Origin: Eledone cirrhosa
Taxonomy: Eukaryota
Length of the DNA: 64,000 nt
Reading direction: 5' to 3'
Assembly: GCA_964016885.1 (NCBI GenBank)
Contig: OZ024741.1
Span: 215,698,001 to 215,762,000 of the forward strand
Below, piece after piece: positions 41,254 through 54,334 of this stretch (position 1 is the stretch's first letter; each line of letters starts with the position of its first letter). Below the pieces are notes generated by a model. That model made no database searches. It was not told where the DNA came from and saw nothing but the letters and a program-made list of their open reading frames with translations. The translations under genes and the position numbers were made by a program.

Positions 41254-41772
41254 ATATATTCAAATATATTACATACATATAAAATATATTTATATATTTA
41301 TATATATACGACTGTGTTTGTTTGTGTCTGTGTTCTTATACATATATGCATTATAAATTTATAAATAAGCATATTTTTCTATTTCCAATACAGACACCAC
41401 TGAAGCGTATCCTGCTTGTGATAATATTATTGCAGACGTCTACCACTTACTTTAACCCTAAACATGTTAACTTGACTTTCATCACATGCCTTACATCACT
41501 ATTTCATCTGAAAGTTAAAATAGATACTGGCCATTTTGAAATAATGTTTGCATAACATGACAGCACGCAGACACACATACATACACATACATACACACCC
41601 TCACGCGAACACATATTTTTAATTTAATGATATTGTTTTATATCTATTACTGTTGTTATTATTCTTATTAAACATTATTATTATTATTATTTTTGTCGTG
41701 TTTATCGTTTTTATTTAATAGTTTATAGATTTAGAAACCAATATATATGTGCGTGTGTGTGTACATATATAA

Positions 41773-41827
<55 letters not shown>

Positions 41828-41911
41828 ATTATAATATTTATATAATATGAAATTATTTATTAATTTAATATTTATTGCCTTGTATATACCATTTTTGATG
41901 TTGTTGTTGTT

Positions 41912-44337
41912 AAGCCGATAACAGCCGCTGAAGTAAGGGAGGCAATGACTGGCTGCACAAGGGGTAAATCGCCTGGTTTGGATGGTCTGCCCTATGAACT
42001 TTACGTACAGATGCCAGACTTGTTCGGAGGCCTCTTGGCGGACGTCTACTGCAACTGGCAACAGAACGGGAGAATTCCCAGTTCTGTGAGCCGAGGAGCG
42101 GTGGCACTGCTGAGAAAGGATCCGAACAAGGGGGATAACATAGATAATTTCCGGCCCATAACTCTGCTAAACACAGAGTTCAAGATTTTGGCCAAGGTGC
42201 TAGCAAAGAGGTTGGCGCTTGTCGTTAGTGGTCTGGTGGGAGAGACGTAGACATGCGCCATTCCCGACAGATCCATCCACGACAACCTCCACCTCATGCG
42301 ATACATCGTAGAGAGGGTAGCTAGGGAACCTGGTACGGGTGGGTCCTTGATCAATTTAGATCAGTCGAAAGCTTTCGATAGGGTCGACCATCGTTACCTA
42401 GCGGCAGTCCTGAGGGCGGCTGGCTTTGGGTCCGTCTTCAGAGGCTGGATCGCTGCCATGCACAGCGACATCTGCTCTGTGGTGAGAGTGAACGGTCACC
42501 TGTCGGAACCGTTCAACATCATGCGCTCGGTCCGCCAAGGATGTCCCCTCTCGTCCCTCTTGTACGTATTGACTCTCGAGCCATTACTGCACAAACTGGA
42601 GACGTTGAGGGGCGTCCCGCGCGAACTAGGATGCGGAAGATCCGTGTCAGCATATGCGGACGATGTCACCGTAGTGGTGTCGAACGCCAAACACATCGAG
42701 GCGATCGGCACTACACTAAGAGAATACGAAGCGGTGACAGGAGCAATGATCAACCAGGAAAAGTCAGTGGGCCTGCAGCTCGGTACCTGGAGAGGCAGGT
42801 CCATGCCGTCCAACAGCGTCGTCGGACGCTGGACGGACGGACCGGTTAAATTGCTAGGGGTCTGGTTCGGTCCGGACCTCCAGACGGACAAAAACTGGGA
42901 CGAGGTGATGAGCAGGGTGGCTTCTCTCACCCAGAAATGGGCGGAAAGGAAGCTATCCCTGAAAGGTCGAGCGGAGGTGGCTAACGCGTACATCGCGTCT
43001 GTCATCTGCTACCGCCTGACCGTCGTACCTTGTCCTAAGCCTCGCCTGACTGCGCTGGAGCGTTTGCTCTTTCGCTTTTTGTGGAAGGGACGCGCTCCGA
43101 TGGTCAGGCGGTCCATCTGTTGTCAACACCCGCTACGTGGAGGGCTGGGCATGCCGTGGCTGATGATGCGCAGGCACGCGCTCAGGCTACGACATCTCCA
43201 CCTCTTCCTCGACGGTGATCAGGTGTGGTCGCCGTTTGCTAGACACGTATTTCCCCAGCTCGTTTCCTTGACGGAGCTGCAGTCCTGGGTCAAGCGAAGA
43301 CCGAGAGGGAGCGCCTGGAGACTGGAATGTCTTCAGGCGCTCACAGCCCTCGACCAATCGGGCAATGTGATCGATGGAAACTCCACCTCGGCGTTCTATA
43401 GAGGATTAGTGGAGGGGAAGAGCGACGACGTACTTGGGGAAACTCTAGGCGTCGACGAAAATCAACTAGCCAATCTCTTCGGAAGAACTTTCGGGCCGGG
43501 GCCTATGGACAACTTCCAGAAATCTCTGGCCTGGCAGTGCTACCGAGGAGCCTTGCCAGTTCGGGATAAACTCTACAGGCATGGAGGTGCCGTCAGCCGG
43601 GCATGTCCGAGATGCGCGCAGGGCGACGAAACCGTCCTGCACGCACTCGTCCAGTGTCCGAAAATTGCTGACTTGTGGGTTTATGTCGAACACCTGCTGT
43701 CGCGTGTAGGACGGATCCAGCTATCATCTGAGTCCATCGTGAGGATTGCCCCGCCCTCCTCCTTTAGCCGGGAAGGGCAGGCAGTTTTTATCTGTCTGGT
43801 GGCCATGGCGAAAGAGATAGTATGGTGGACACGTTTGAAAGGGCTGAAGACGAGCACTTACCTCTTCGGTGATGCTCTGATTGACTTTTTCAAATTTCAT
43901 TTGAAAAGGAAAATCAGAGTAGAGAGGGAAGTGCTCTCTTCCCAGCATTTTGTTGAAAGATGGGTGAGAGAAGCAAGAATGGCCCGAGTGAATGGGGCCT
44001 ACTCTGAGTATATATCTGTAAATTAAAGGTGGAAAACTGGGAGAGGGCACTTGCCTTGGTGGTCAGGGTCATTGTGGCTTTTTACTGGGCTTTCTCCACA
44101 AATGTCCCTCCGAAGTCTCCCCCCTATTGGGGAATTTTTCATTGTTATTTTCATTGTTATTTTTGTTACATCCTCTGTTTTTGTTTTTTACACGCAGAAA
44201 TGCCCATTTGTACCGTCCTGCATTGTCCTGCACTGTCCTTAATGTCTACTTTATGTAAACCCTTGTGGTTAATAAAGAAATCATTATTATTATTATTATT
44301 ATTATTATTGTTATTATTATCATCATTATTATTATAA
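41912..44337 (+). mobile_element. 5'-truncated Tx1/L1-clade LINE with (TTA)n tail
   Basis: RT plus C-terminal CCHC finger; 3'UTR with AATAAA at 44271 followed by (TTA)n. Confidence 0.92.
41945..44026 (+). pseudogene. Tx1-like ORF2 (RT + CCHC), one in-frame TAG at 42248-42250
   Basis: SPGLDGLPYELY, NFRPITLLN, LDQSKAFDRVDH, VRQGCPLS, AYADD, CPRCAQGDETVLHALVQC. Confidence 0.9.
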
Positions 44338-45193
44338 CCGGTGTTGTTATATAACAGAAATGACCTCGGCCATTCTATCTCTAAAATATTATGAAACATA
44401 GAGAGGGATGTGAGAGACAGACAGACAGCCAGAGACAGAGGGGTGGGGAGAAAGCGACAGAGAGAGAGAGAGCAACGGAGAGAGAGAGAGAGAAACAGAG
44501 AGGGAGAGAGAGAGCGAGAGAGAGAGAGCGACAGAGTCAGAGAGATAGAGAGAGAGAGTGGGAGAGAGAGACAGAGAAACATACAGAAACAGACAGAGAA
44601 AGACAGAGAGAGAGAGACAGAGAGAGAGAGAGGAAGAGGGAGAGAGAGACACGGAGATAGAGACAGAGAGAGAGAGATTGAGAGAGAGAAACAGACGTAG
44701 AGACAGAGAGAGCGAGCGATAGAGAGAGAGAGAGAGAAACAGAGAGAAACTGACAGAGAGAAAGAGAGAAAGAAAATGAGATACAGCGCCAGAGAGACAA
44801 ATAGAGACATAAAATATTCTAATTTATCTGGGGTAAAAAATACCAAGAATATTATGAAAATCTAATTATTCCGTAGTAAATATTGTTTGTGTTTCGCAGA
44901 CAACAACTTAAATAGAATATATCTTTTACCACATTCTGCACCATAGATCTAGTCTGTGACTTTGGTACACTTCCAAGGTACGACCCTCCAAAAGACACCG
45001 GAAACATGAAAATAAGGTAACTAGGTAACGCGGAAATACGTTAAATATTGGTTTCCTTTACAAGAGATGTTTGTGTTCAATGTCGTGGTCATTGAGTGTA
45101 AATTTCTTTGATGGTATATCTTAAATTACTGGGATATATCAATGTAAATTAACATATATGTATATAAAGATATATATATATATATGTGTGAAT

Positions 45194-45319
45194 AACGAAG
45201 GAAGTGTGGTAAGGAACCAGGTGTGCCATAACACACCAGAGTACTCGATACTATGGGTAGTAGTGGGTAATAGGAAAAGAGTCAGGACCCCGACGGCTGA
45301 GCTCCGGCTGTTTCGACAG

Positions 45320-45405
<86 letters not shown>

Positions 45406-45593
45406 AACGAGTAGGACCCCGACGGCTGCGCTCAAGCCGTTTCGACGGCTAATTCTGGACTAGAATTAGCCGTCGAAACGGCTTGAGCTCAGCCGTCGGG
45501 GTCCTACTCGTTCCTATTACCCACTCTACTACCCTAAGTATTGAGTACTTTGGTGCGTTATGGTCCACCTGGTTCCTTACCACATTTCCTTCG

Positions 45594-45597
<4 letters not shown>
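45194..45597. mobile_element. Solo copy (45194-45324, -) and fold-back copy (45401-45597) of a PLE-derived mini-element carrying the 3' half of a hammerhead
   Basis: GAAA-cggct-tgagctc-agccg-TC-ggggtcc at 45475-45504; palindrome centre ~45459. Confidence 0.78.
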
Positions 45598-45627
<30 letters not shown>

Positions 45628-45632
<5 letters not shown>

Positions 45633-45816
45633 ATTAGAAAGTGAACAACACAAAATATTATATAACTTCTCCATTACCAAAGGTTTCTGGATCACAGACG
45701 ATAATAATATACGTCTGGAACGTTCGTCAGACAGAGATGCTATCATAACATCTAATGGAGTAATTATAAACGGTAATGGAGTAGTTATATGTTGTGATGT
45801 TCACTTTCTAATTAAA
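45628..45816. repeat. Fold-back element with decayed HHR core
   Basis: 45628-45678 mirrors 45772-45816; minus-strand CTGACGA...GAAA between the arms. Confidence 0.55.
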
Positions 45817-45875
45817 TAGCCCTGTCCTCTACATAGAGCACTCTTTTTTTCCTTTGCTTTTTCTTTGGAATTACC

Positions 45876-45945
<70 letters not shown>

Positions 45946-46152
45946 GTGTGTATGTATGTTTATGCAGACAATAGATGGTGTACGCACTCTTGCTATTAAG
46001 TGTAGCCGAAACTCGAGTACGGGTATAAATATTATGTTACCTATTTACGTGTGTTGTATTGAGGCAAGCAACTTTGTCTCTACTCTTTCGATTTTTACAT
46101 AACCTGTACTAGCAGGGAAATCTTATGCTAGTACCGTCAACTCATTATTATT

Positions 46153-46192
<40 letters not shown>

Positions 46193-46260
46193 GAATTATA
46201 AACTCAAATAGTCTTTTACAATTAAATAGCTCAAAGAAAGGAATATTTCTGAGCCGTGTA

Positions 46261-46500
46261 ATACAAATGAATATATGATAGGGATAAACACTGGGACAAG
46301 TATACATGTGTTCGCATTGCAAAAGACCAAGCTACCTAGATTGAAAAATACTAATTAAAATATACTAATTATTATTTTAAATCGAGACAGGCAAACCGTA
46401 TTTTAATTAGTATTTTTCAATCTAGCTAACTTCTTCTTTTGCAATGTGAACACATGTATACTTGTATCAGTGTTTATCCCTATCATATATTCATTTGTAT
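46261..46500. repeat. ~100-bp inverted repeat next to (TA)n
   Basis: atacaaatgaatatatgatagggataaacactg... mirrored by ...cagtgtttatccctatcatatattcatttgtat. Confidence 0.8.
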
Positions 46501-46975
46501 ATATATATATATACAGTATTTAAGTATCGAGAGAGAGAAAAAAGGGGAGGATAGGTGATACATATAGTTATTTGCCAAGTAGCGTATGCCAAAGGTGCTC
46601 GATACTAGTGCTGGCAGTATTAAATATTCGAAGTGTTAATATTTAGTGAGCTAGAGAGTTAGCAGAGCGTAAGCACGTGGGAAAGTAAGAAAAAATAAGC
46701 GTTGATTACATGCGTATCGACAATGGTAAGGTTGTAACCTCATCTCGTAGCGGATAAAAAATTTGCCTGGGAAAGACTTCCCTAACACCGGCTAGAGTTA
46801 CCTCCCTTGACCTGGTGCAAAATCAAAACAAGCTATTTTTGCGAGCAATGAACCTTGACGTGGATTTAACCCCCAAAACTCTTTCCGAGCAATGTAAGGA
46901 ACACTTTTGATTATTTATGCCCTTGAGAAGCCCAACTGTTTTAACGGTCTATTCTCCGATGTCTTACTTTCCCAC

Positions 46976-47061
<86 letters not shown>

Positions 47062-47226
47062 GGGGGAGAAAGAGAGAAAACGAGAAAGAGAGAAAGAGAG
47101 AGAGAAAAAGAGAGAGAATGAGAAAAAGAGAGAAAGAAAGATCAGGATTTTACCAAATTTTATTCAGCTGAAATTAGCTGTCGAAACGGCAAGAGCACAA
47201 CCATCGTGTCCCAAGTACCTCTCACT

Positions 47227-47289
<63 letters not shown>

Positions 47290-47401
47290 CTCTTATATAT
47301 ATATAAATATATAAATATTGGTAAATGACACCTGATTAAGGGGTCTCGAACTCATGAAGTAAAGCAATATTTGGAAATCGAACTGCTTAACCAATTCGAC
47401 C

Positions 47402-47462
<61 letters not shown>

Positions 47463-47981
47463 ACTCGCACACATTGACACAGACACACGCACACACACAC
47501 ACACACAACACACACACACACAATACACACACACAGACACACAGATTATTTAACATGGACATTGAATCACCATAGAAAATATAAAAAATTCTACTGCACC
47601 ATCTATGGCATCGAACAAGATTTCTTTCTAGATGTCAGTAGAGTACATTATACAACCTTTTCCTATACTTTCTGAACAATTATAGAGAAGTATGCCTCAA
47701 GAAGATAGCAATAGTTCTTTACAATTTATTTGAATGTCAAGAGAACAGGCCACGGTTTCCTAAACCATTGTTCAAAATTCTTTCGATACGTTTCCAGGCG
47801 TTTTGACGAGGACGAGGCCAAAGTAAAAAAGAATAAAAAAAGAAGTATTCATCTCATTGTTAAATCTTTTCACAATGTTGTTTTTTTGTGTTTTGTTTTT
47901 TTTTCATTCCTTTTCATCAAGTGTATCAACAATACAAATACCAGACAACCAGCATCACTATTACCATTTCGTTTCTATTGT

Positions 47982-49110
47982 ATTATCGTTGTTATCGTCG
48001 TTATCGTCGTTATCGTTGCTATCGTCGTCGTTGTCGTTGTTATCGTTGTTATCGTCGTTATCGTCGTTATCGTCGTCGTTATCGTTTTTATCGTTGTCGT
48101 TATCGTTGTTATCGTCGTTATCGTTGCTATCGTCGTCGTTATCGTCGTTATCGTCGTAATCGTTGTTATCGTCGTTATCGTCGTTATCGTCGTCGTTATC
48201 GTTTTTATCGTTGTCGTTATCGTTGTTATCGTCGTTATCGTTGCTATCGTCGTCGTTATCGTCGTTATCGTTGTTATCGTTGTTATCGTCGTTATCGTTG
48301 TTATCGTCGTTATCGTCGTTATCGTCGTTATCGTTGTTATCGTTGTTATCGTTGTTATCGTCGTCGTTACCGTCGTTATCGTCGTTATCGTCGTTATCGT
48401 TGTTATCGTCGTTATCGTTGTTATCGTCGTTATCGTTGCTATCGTCTTCGTTATCGTCGTTATCGTTGTTATCGTTGTTATCGTCGTTATCGTTGTTATC
48501 GTCGTTATCGTCGTTATCGTCGTTATCGTTGTTATCGTTGTTATCGTTGTTATCGTCGTCGTTACCGTCGTTATCGTCGTTATCGTCGTTATCGTTGTTA
48601 TCGTTGTTATCGTCGTCGTTATCGTCGTTATCGTCGTTATCGTCGTTATCGTTGTTATCGTTGTTATCGTCGTCGTTATCGTTGTTATCGTCGTTATCGT
48701 CGTTATCGTTGTTATCGCTGTTATCGTCGTATCATCGTTATCATCGTCATTATCGCCGTAGTTATCGTTACCGTTGTGATCGTTGTTATCGTCGTTATCG
48801 TCGTTATCGTCGTTATCGTCGTCGTTATCGTTGTTATCGTCGTTATCGTTGTTATCGTCGTTATCGTCGTTACCGTTGTGATCGTTGTTATCGTCGTTAT
48901 CGTCGTTATCGTCGTCAACGTCGTCATCGTTGTTATCGTCGTCAACGTCGTCATCGTTGTTATCGTTGGTATCGTCGTATCATCGTTATCGTCGTCGTTA
49001 TAGGCCATAGTTATCATCGTTATCGTTGTTGTCGTTGTCATCGTCGTTACCTTCTTTATCCTCTTATCATCGTTATCATCGTTATCGCCATCGTCATCGT
49101 TACCAACGTC
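47982..49110. repeat. 9-bp-based repeat (ATCGTYGTT)n
   Basis: Direct reading; produces the spurious VIV/RYR/SSL ORFs. Confidence 0.95.
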
Positions 49111-49199
49111 ATTCTCCTTATCATCGCTACCTTAGCAGTCTTTGTTATCAATATACTCTTCTTTTCTTTATCTCTCTTATCGTTATTATCATTATCTAA

Positions 49200-49390
49200 G
49201 GATGGTGGATTGGCAGTATGGGTAGAGGGTCGGACGCCATGCTTTCCAGCATAGTTACGTCCCTTTACGGTCTGAGTTCAAATCCCGCCGAGGTTAACTT
49301 TGCCTTTCATCCTTACGGGGTCGATAAAATAAAGTACCAGTAATGTACTGGGTATTTGCTGGCCTTGTGCCAAAAGTAGAAACAATTATC
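49200..49390 (+). mobile_element. Nin/Deu-type SINE
   Basis: Match to 5950-6134. Confidence 0.88.
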
Positions 49391-49575
49391 ATTATCTACA
49401 TCATCTTCCTTATCTTCGTTATCTTCATTGTCTGTCATTCAATTTGTTATCATCGTCCCATCCACTACAGACCTTCTCTATCTTCCTCCACCTCTCTCTC
49501 GCCTATGTCGGCTTTCGTTCTTACTTCCGGAAATTATCAAAATAAAATATATTCCTTGTTTCATTCTCATGTATC

Positions 49576-49576
<1 letters not shown>

Positions 49577-49615
<39 letters not shown>

Positions 49616-49660
49616 ATTGAGGGTGATGATGTTGATGATGATGATGATGATGATAATGAC

Positions 49661-49700
<40 letters not shown>

Positions 49701-49791
49701 TTGAAGATGATGATGATGATGATGATGATGGTGATGATGTTGATGATTTTTATGATGATGGTGATGATGTTGATGATGATGTTATTGAGGG

Positions 49792-49835
<44 letters not shown>

Positions 49836-49905
49836 ATGGTGATGGTGATGGTGATGATGTTGATGATGATGATGATGATATTGAGGGTGATGATGTTGAT
49901 GATGG

Positions 49906-49945
<40 letters not shown>

Positions 49946-49964
49946 ATTGTTGATGATGATTTTA

Positions 49965-49996
<32 letters not shown>

Positions 49997-50024
49997 GGTG
50001 ATGATGATATTGATGGTGATGATG

Positions 50025-50056
<32 letters not shown>

Positions 50057-50128
50057 GATGGTGATGATGATGAAGATGATGTTAATGATGATGATGATGA
50101 TGACGATGATAATGATGTCGATGATGAT

Positions 50129-50159
<31 letters not shown>

Positions 50160-50305
50160 ATTATGATGTTGATGATGATGATGATGGTGATTATGATGTT
50201 GATGATGATGATGATAATGATGTCGATGATGATGATGATGATGAAGATGATAATAATGTTGTTGAGGATGATGATGATGATGATGATGATGATGGTGATG
50301 ATGAT
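49577..50305. repeat. Imperfect (GAT)n, ~730 bp
   Basis: Direct reading. Confidence 0.95.
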
Positions 50306-50344
50306 GTCCATAGTTCAGGCCAACATGAATGTAAAAACCTGTAA

Positions 50345-52052
50345 TTACAATACTACAGTATTGCAGTATTACAAGATTGGAGCATTACAGTATTAAAATA
50401 TTAAAATTTTAAGATACTACAATACTTATATATTACATTACAATATTAAAATATTTCAATATTAAAATATTAGAATATTAAAATATTACAATATTACAAT
50501 ATAAAAATATTAAAATATTACAATATAAAAATATTAAATTATTGCAATATTAAAATATTAAAATATTACAATGTAAAAATATTAAAATATTAAAATATTA
50601 AAATATTAAAATATTAAAATATTAAAATATTACAATATAAAAATATTAAAATATTACAATGTAAAAATATTAAAATATTAAAATATTAAAATATTAAAAT
50701 ATTAAAATATTAAAATATTGCAATATTAAAATATTAAAATATTACAATATAAAAATATTAAAATATTACAATATAAAAATATTAAAATATTACAGTGTTG
50801 GAGTATTAAAATATAAAAATTCTTTAATTTAAAAATTACAGTATTACAATATTACTACATTACAATATTACTAAATTACAATATTACTACATTACTAAAT
50901 TACAATATTACTACATTACTAAATTACAATATTACTACATTACAATATTACTAAATTACAATATTACTACATTACTACATTACAACATTACAATATTACT
51001 ACATTACTACATTACTACATTACAATATTACTACATTACAATATTACTACATTACTACATTACAATATTACTACATTACTACATTACTACATTACAATAT
51101 TACTACATTACAATATTACTACATTACAACATTACAATATTACTACATTACTACATTACAATATTACTACATTACAATATTACTACATTACTACATTACA
51201 ATATTACTACATTACTACATTACTACATTACAATATTACTACATTACAATATTACTACATTACAACATTACAATATTACAACATTACTACATTACTACAT
51301 TACAATATTACTACATTACTACATTACTACATTACAATATTACTACATTACAATATTACTACATTACAATATTACAACATTACAATATTACTAAATTACT
51401 ACATTACAATATTACTACATTACTACATTACAATATTACTACATTACTACATTACAATATTACTACATTACTACGTTACTACCTTACTACATTACTACAT
51501 TACAATATTACTACATTACTACATTACTACATTACAATATTACTACATTACTACATTACAATATTACTACATTACTACACTACTACATTACAATATTACT
51601 ACATTACTACATTACAATATTACTACATTACTACATTACTACATTACAATATTACTACATTACTACATTACAACATTACAATATTACTACATTACAATAT
51701 TACTACATTACTATATTACAATATTACTACATTATAGTATTACAATTTTACTATATTACAATATTACTACATTACAATATTACTACTTTAATACATTACA
51801 ATATTACTACATTACAATATTACTACATTACTATATTACAATGTTACTACATTACTATTTTACAATATTACTACATTACTATATTACAGTATTACAATAT
51901 TACTACATAACATTGTTACAGTATTACAATATTATTACACACATTGTTACAGTATTACAATATTATTTCATAACATTATTACTACATTATTACATCTTTA
52001 CTACATTATACTATAACAATATTTCTGCATAGTATTGTTACAGTATTACAAT
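50345..52052. repeat. 8-bp-unit array drifting from (AATATTAA) to (AATATTAC/TACATTAC)
   Basis: Direct reading. Confidence 0.92.
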
Positions 52053-52283
52053 ATTTCATTAACATGTCATTCCTTGCCGAAAGAACAGTCGGAGAAATGG
52101 CTTTATCTTAATCCTTTGTTCCATACTTCGACACAATTGGCAGCGATTGATTCAGTAATTAGCGGCTCCACTAATGAGGTAGCCATTGTTCTTGGTCTCC
52201 TCATGATCACGTAATCTTCAATATAGATTGGAAATTTGACAAACTTGGTCGTGATATTCATTCATCAAATTGGAGAAACGTTG

Positions 52284-52475
52284 GAGCTCTGGCAAAATGG
52301 TTGGTAATAATTGTTCCAGCTCTTTACGTTCTAAGTTCCACTGACACTGAGGTCAACTTTGCCGCTCATCCTTCCGGTGTCGATGGAATAAAGTACCAGT
52401 CAATTACTGGAGTTGATATAATCGACTTCCCTTCCCTAGAAATTCTTGGCTTTGTGCTTAATTCCGAAACTATTT
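52284..52475 (+). mobile_element. Decayed Nin/Deu-type SINE
   Basis: gaggtcaactttgccgctcatccttccggtgtcgatggaataaagtaccag. Confidence 0.7.
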
Positions 52476-53144
52476 AACTGGGGAAATGTCGACAGGAGCC
52501 TTAATTATTTTTAAAATAGCAAATACGTTAAGCAACGAAATTATAACGATTGAAGCTTGTCAGCCGTCCGTGAATAGAAATACCAGCTTAGAGATACTAG
52601 GCTGAAATGAGACAGTGAAAATGCAATGATTTGCTAAACATCAGATAAAACTTTCCTTAGGATTCCAGCAGAAATAACGGACACATTGCCCCAGAATATG
52701 TTGAGGGAATCGTACTGAAGTAGCCACTCCATATCTGCTATCTTATGTCCTTTCCAAAATATCAAATGCTAGTTACCTCATGTTTTCAGCGGACAAAATT
52801 GGGAATGTTTTATCCTGGATGATAATAAAGCGGGATGAAATAACCAGTCCAAAACGTGGGACTCATTATTGGAGATGACCATCTTCCGTCTGTTGGCAGT
52901 TTAGTAAGTGGTGGTGGTGGTGGTTCGGGGAAACAGCACGGCAGATATTTCTAGTGTTATGAGTTCAAGAAAAAGCCAGTACATTTCGTAGTGTTCGTTC
53001 TTGCAAATGTCCATATCTGTATTAATCGCAGTTACATAAAGAGGATTATGATTCAGGGACCTAGAACACCAGATTATTCCCCCGCTATGGGTTGAAATAT
53101 AGAAATTACAAATGAAATGTCATGATGACATGTTACCGAGAAAT

Positions 53145-53292
53145 AAATAATTGTTTCTACATTTGGCACAAGGGCAGCAATTACCCAGTGCATTACTGGT
53201 ACATTATTGCTCCTTAAGGATGAAAGGCGAAATTAACCTCGGCGGGATTTGAACTCAGATTGGCAAGGGCCGTAACTATATGCGTCAAAGCA
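53145..53292 (-). mobile_element. Nin/Deu-type SINE (5'-truncated)
   Basis: Reverse match to the 5950 copy. Confidence 0.8.
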
Positions 53293-53469
53293 ATAATAAC
53301 GACCACTTATATTTAAACGTATAACTATATTTCTTTCTGTCAGCTAAAAGTTTATGTTCACCTTATCTTTCAGCTCCGTGATTAGCTGAAAGAAGGAACG
53401 ACGACTGTCACAGCCACAGCATTTGTATGAAACGACGAAGTAAAATCTGTATCTGTCAAGCTCACTTAC

Positions 53470-53518
53470 CGAAGATCTTCCAAGTCGCCTTCAGTTTCTC
53501 TACTTGTAAAACTATCGT
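53470..53518 (-). other. Candidate 49-nt exon of an unidentified host transcript
   Basis: Minus strand tttcatatttgccgcAG|acgatag...gatcttcg|GTAAGT; two frames are open (DSFTSRETEGDLEDLR or TIVLQVEKLKATWKIF). Confidence 0.3.
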
Positions 53519-53804
53519 CTGCGGCAAATATGAAATGTTTATCATTCACGGTTTTGCTTCCATATTTTACTAATTTCTCATTGTGTCAAAAATGTGTCTG
53601 TTAATCACAATCAACATCACCACTACCATCACAAGCACCAACACCGCCACACACAATCACACATATACACACATATATTTATGTATACATATGTATATAT
53701 ATATATATATATATTTATATATAAATATATATATATATTCTCTATATTTATATATAAATATATATATATATTCTCTATAAAAACCGAACAGGTTCTCAAT
53801 AAAA

Positions 53805-53925
53805 TTATTCTGATGAAATGACAGTTGATAATAACATTGAAATATTGAATGTCTGCATAACTAATACTTTGTAGATAGCAGCTGTTTTCGGGTTATGTAA
53901 CTGTTATTGAAACACGTGTCAATAA
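53805..53925 (+). ncRNA. Type-I hammerhead, long stem II, in a ~190-bp (TA)n-flanked insert
   Basis: ttatt-CTGATGA-aatgacagtt...aactgttatt-GAAA-cacgtg-TC-aataa. Confidence 0.88.
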
Positions 53926-53959
53926 ATTCCTTTTAACTGAACTGTATCCATTTAAATCC

Positions 53960-53996
<37 letters not shown>

Positions 53997-53999
53997 TAA

Positions 54000-54036
<37 letters not shown>

Positions 54037-54171
54037 TAAATATATTTAAATATATATATATTTATTTATTAAAATAACAGATTAAAGTTTAAGCAAAGAA
54101 TCGCTGCTTTCACCCTTAACGGGATCTTCTGAAACTAACCTAACTATACATATATATATATGTATATATAT

Positions 54172-54333
<162 letters not shown>

Positions 54334-54334
54334 G

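Noticed and set aside
52650-52910. Plus-strand AG...GTAAGT exon candidate
   Set aside because: All three frames of 52790-52903 contain stops.
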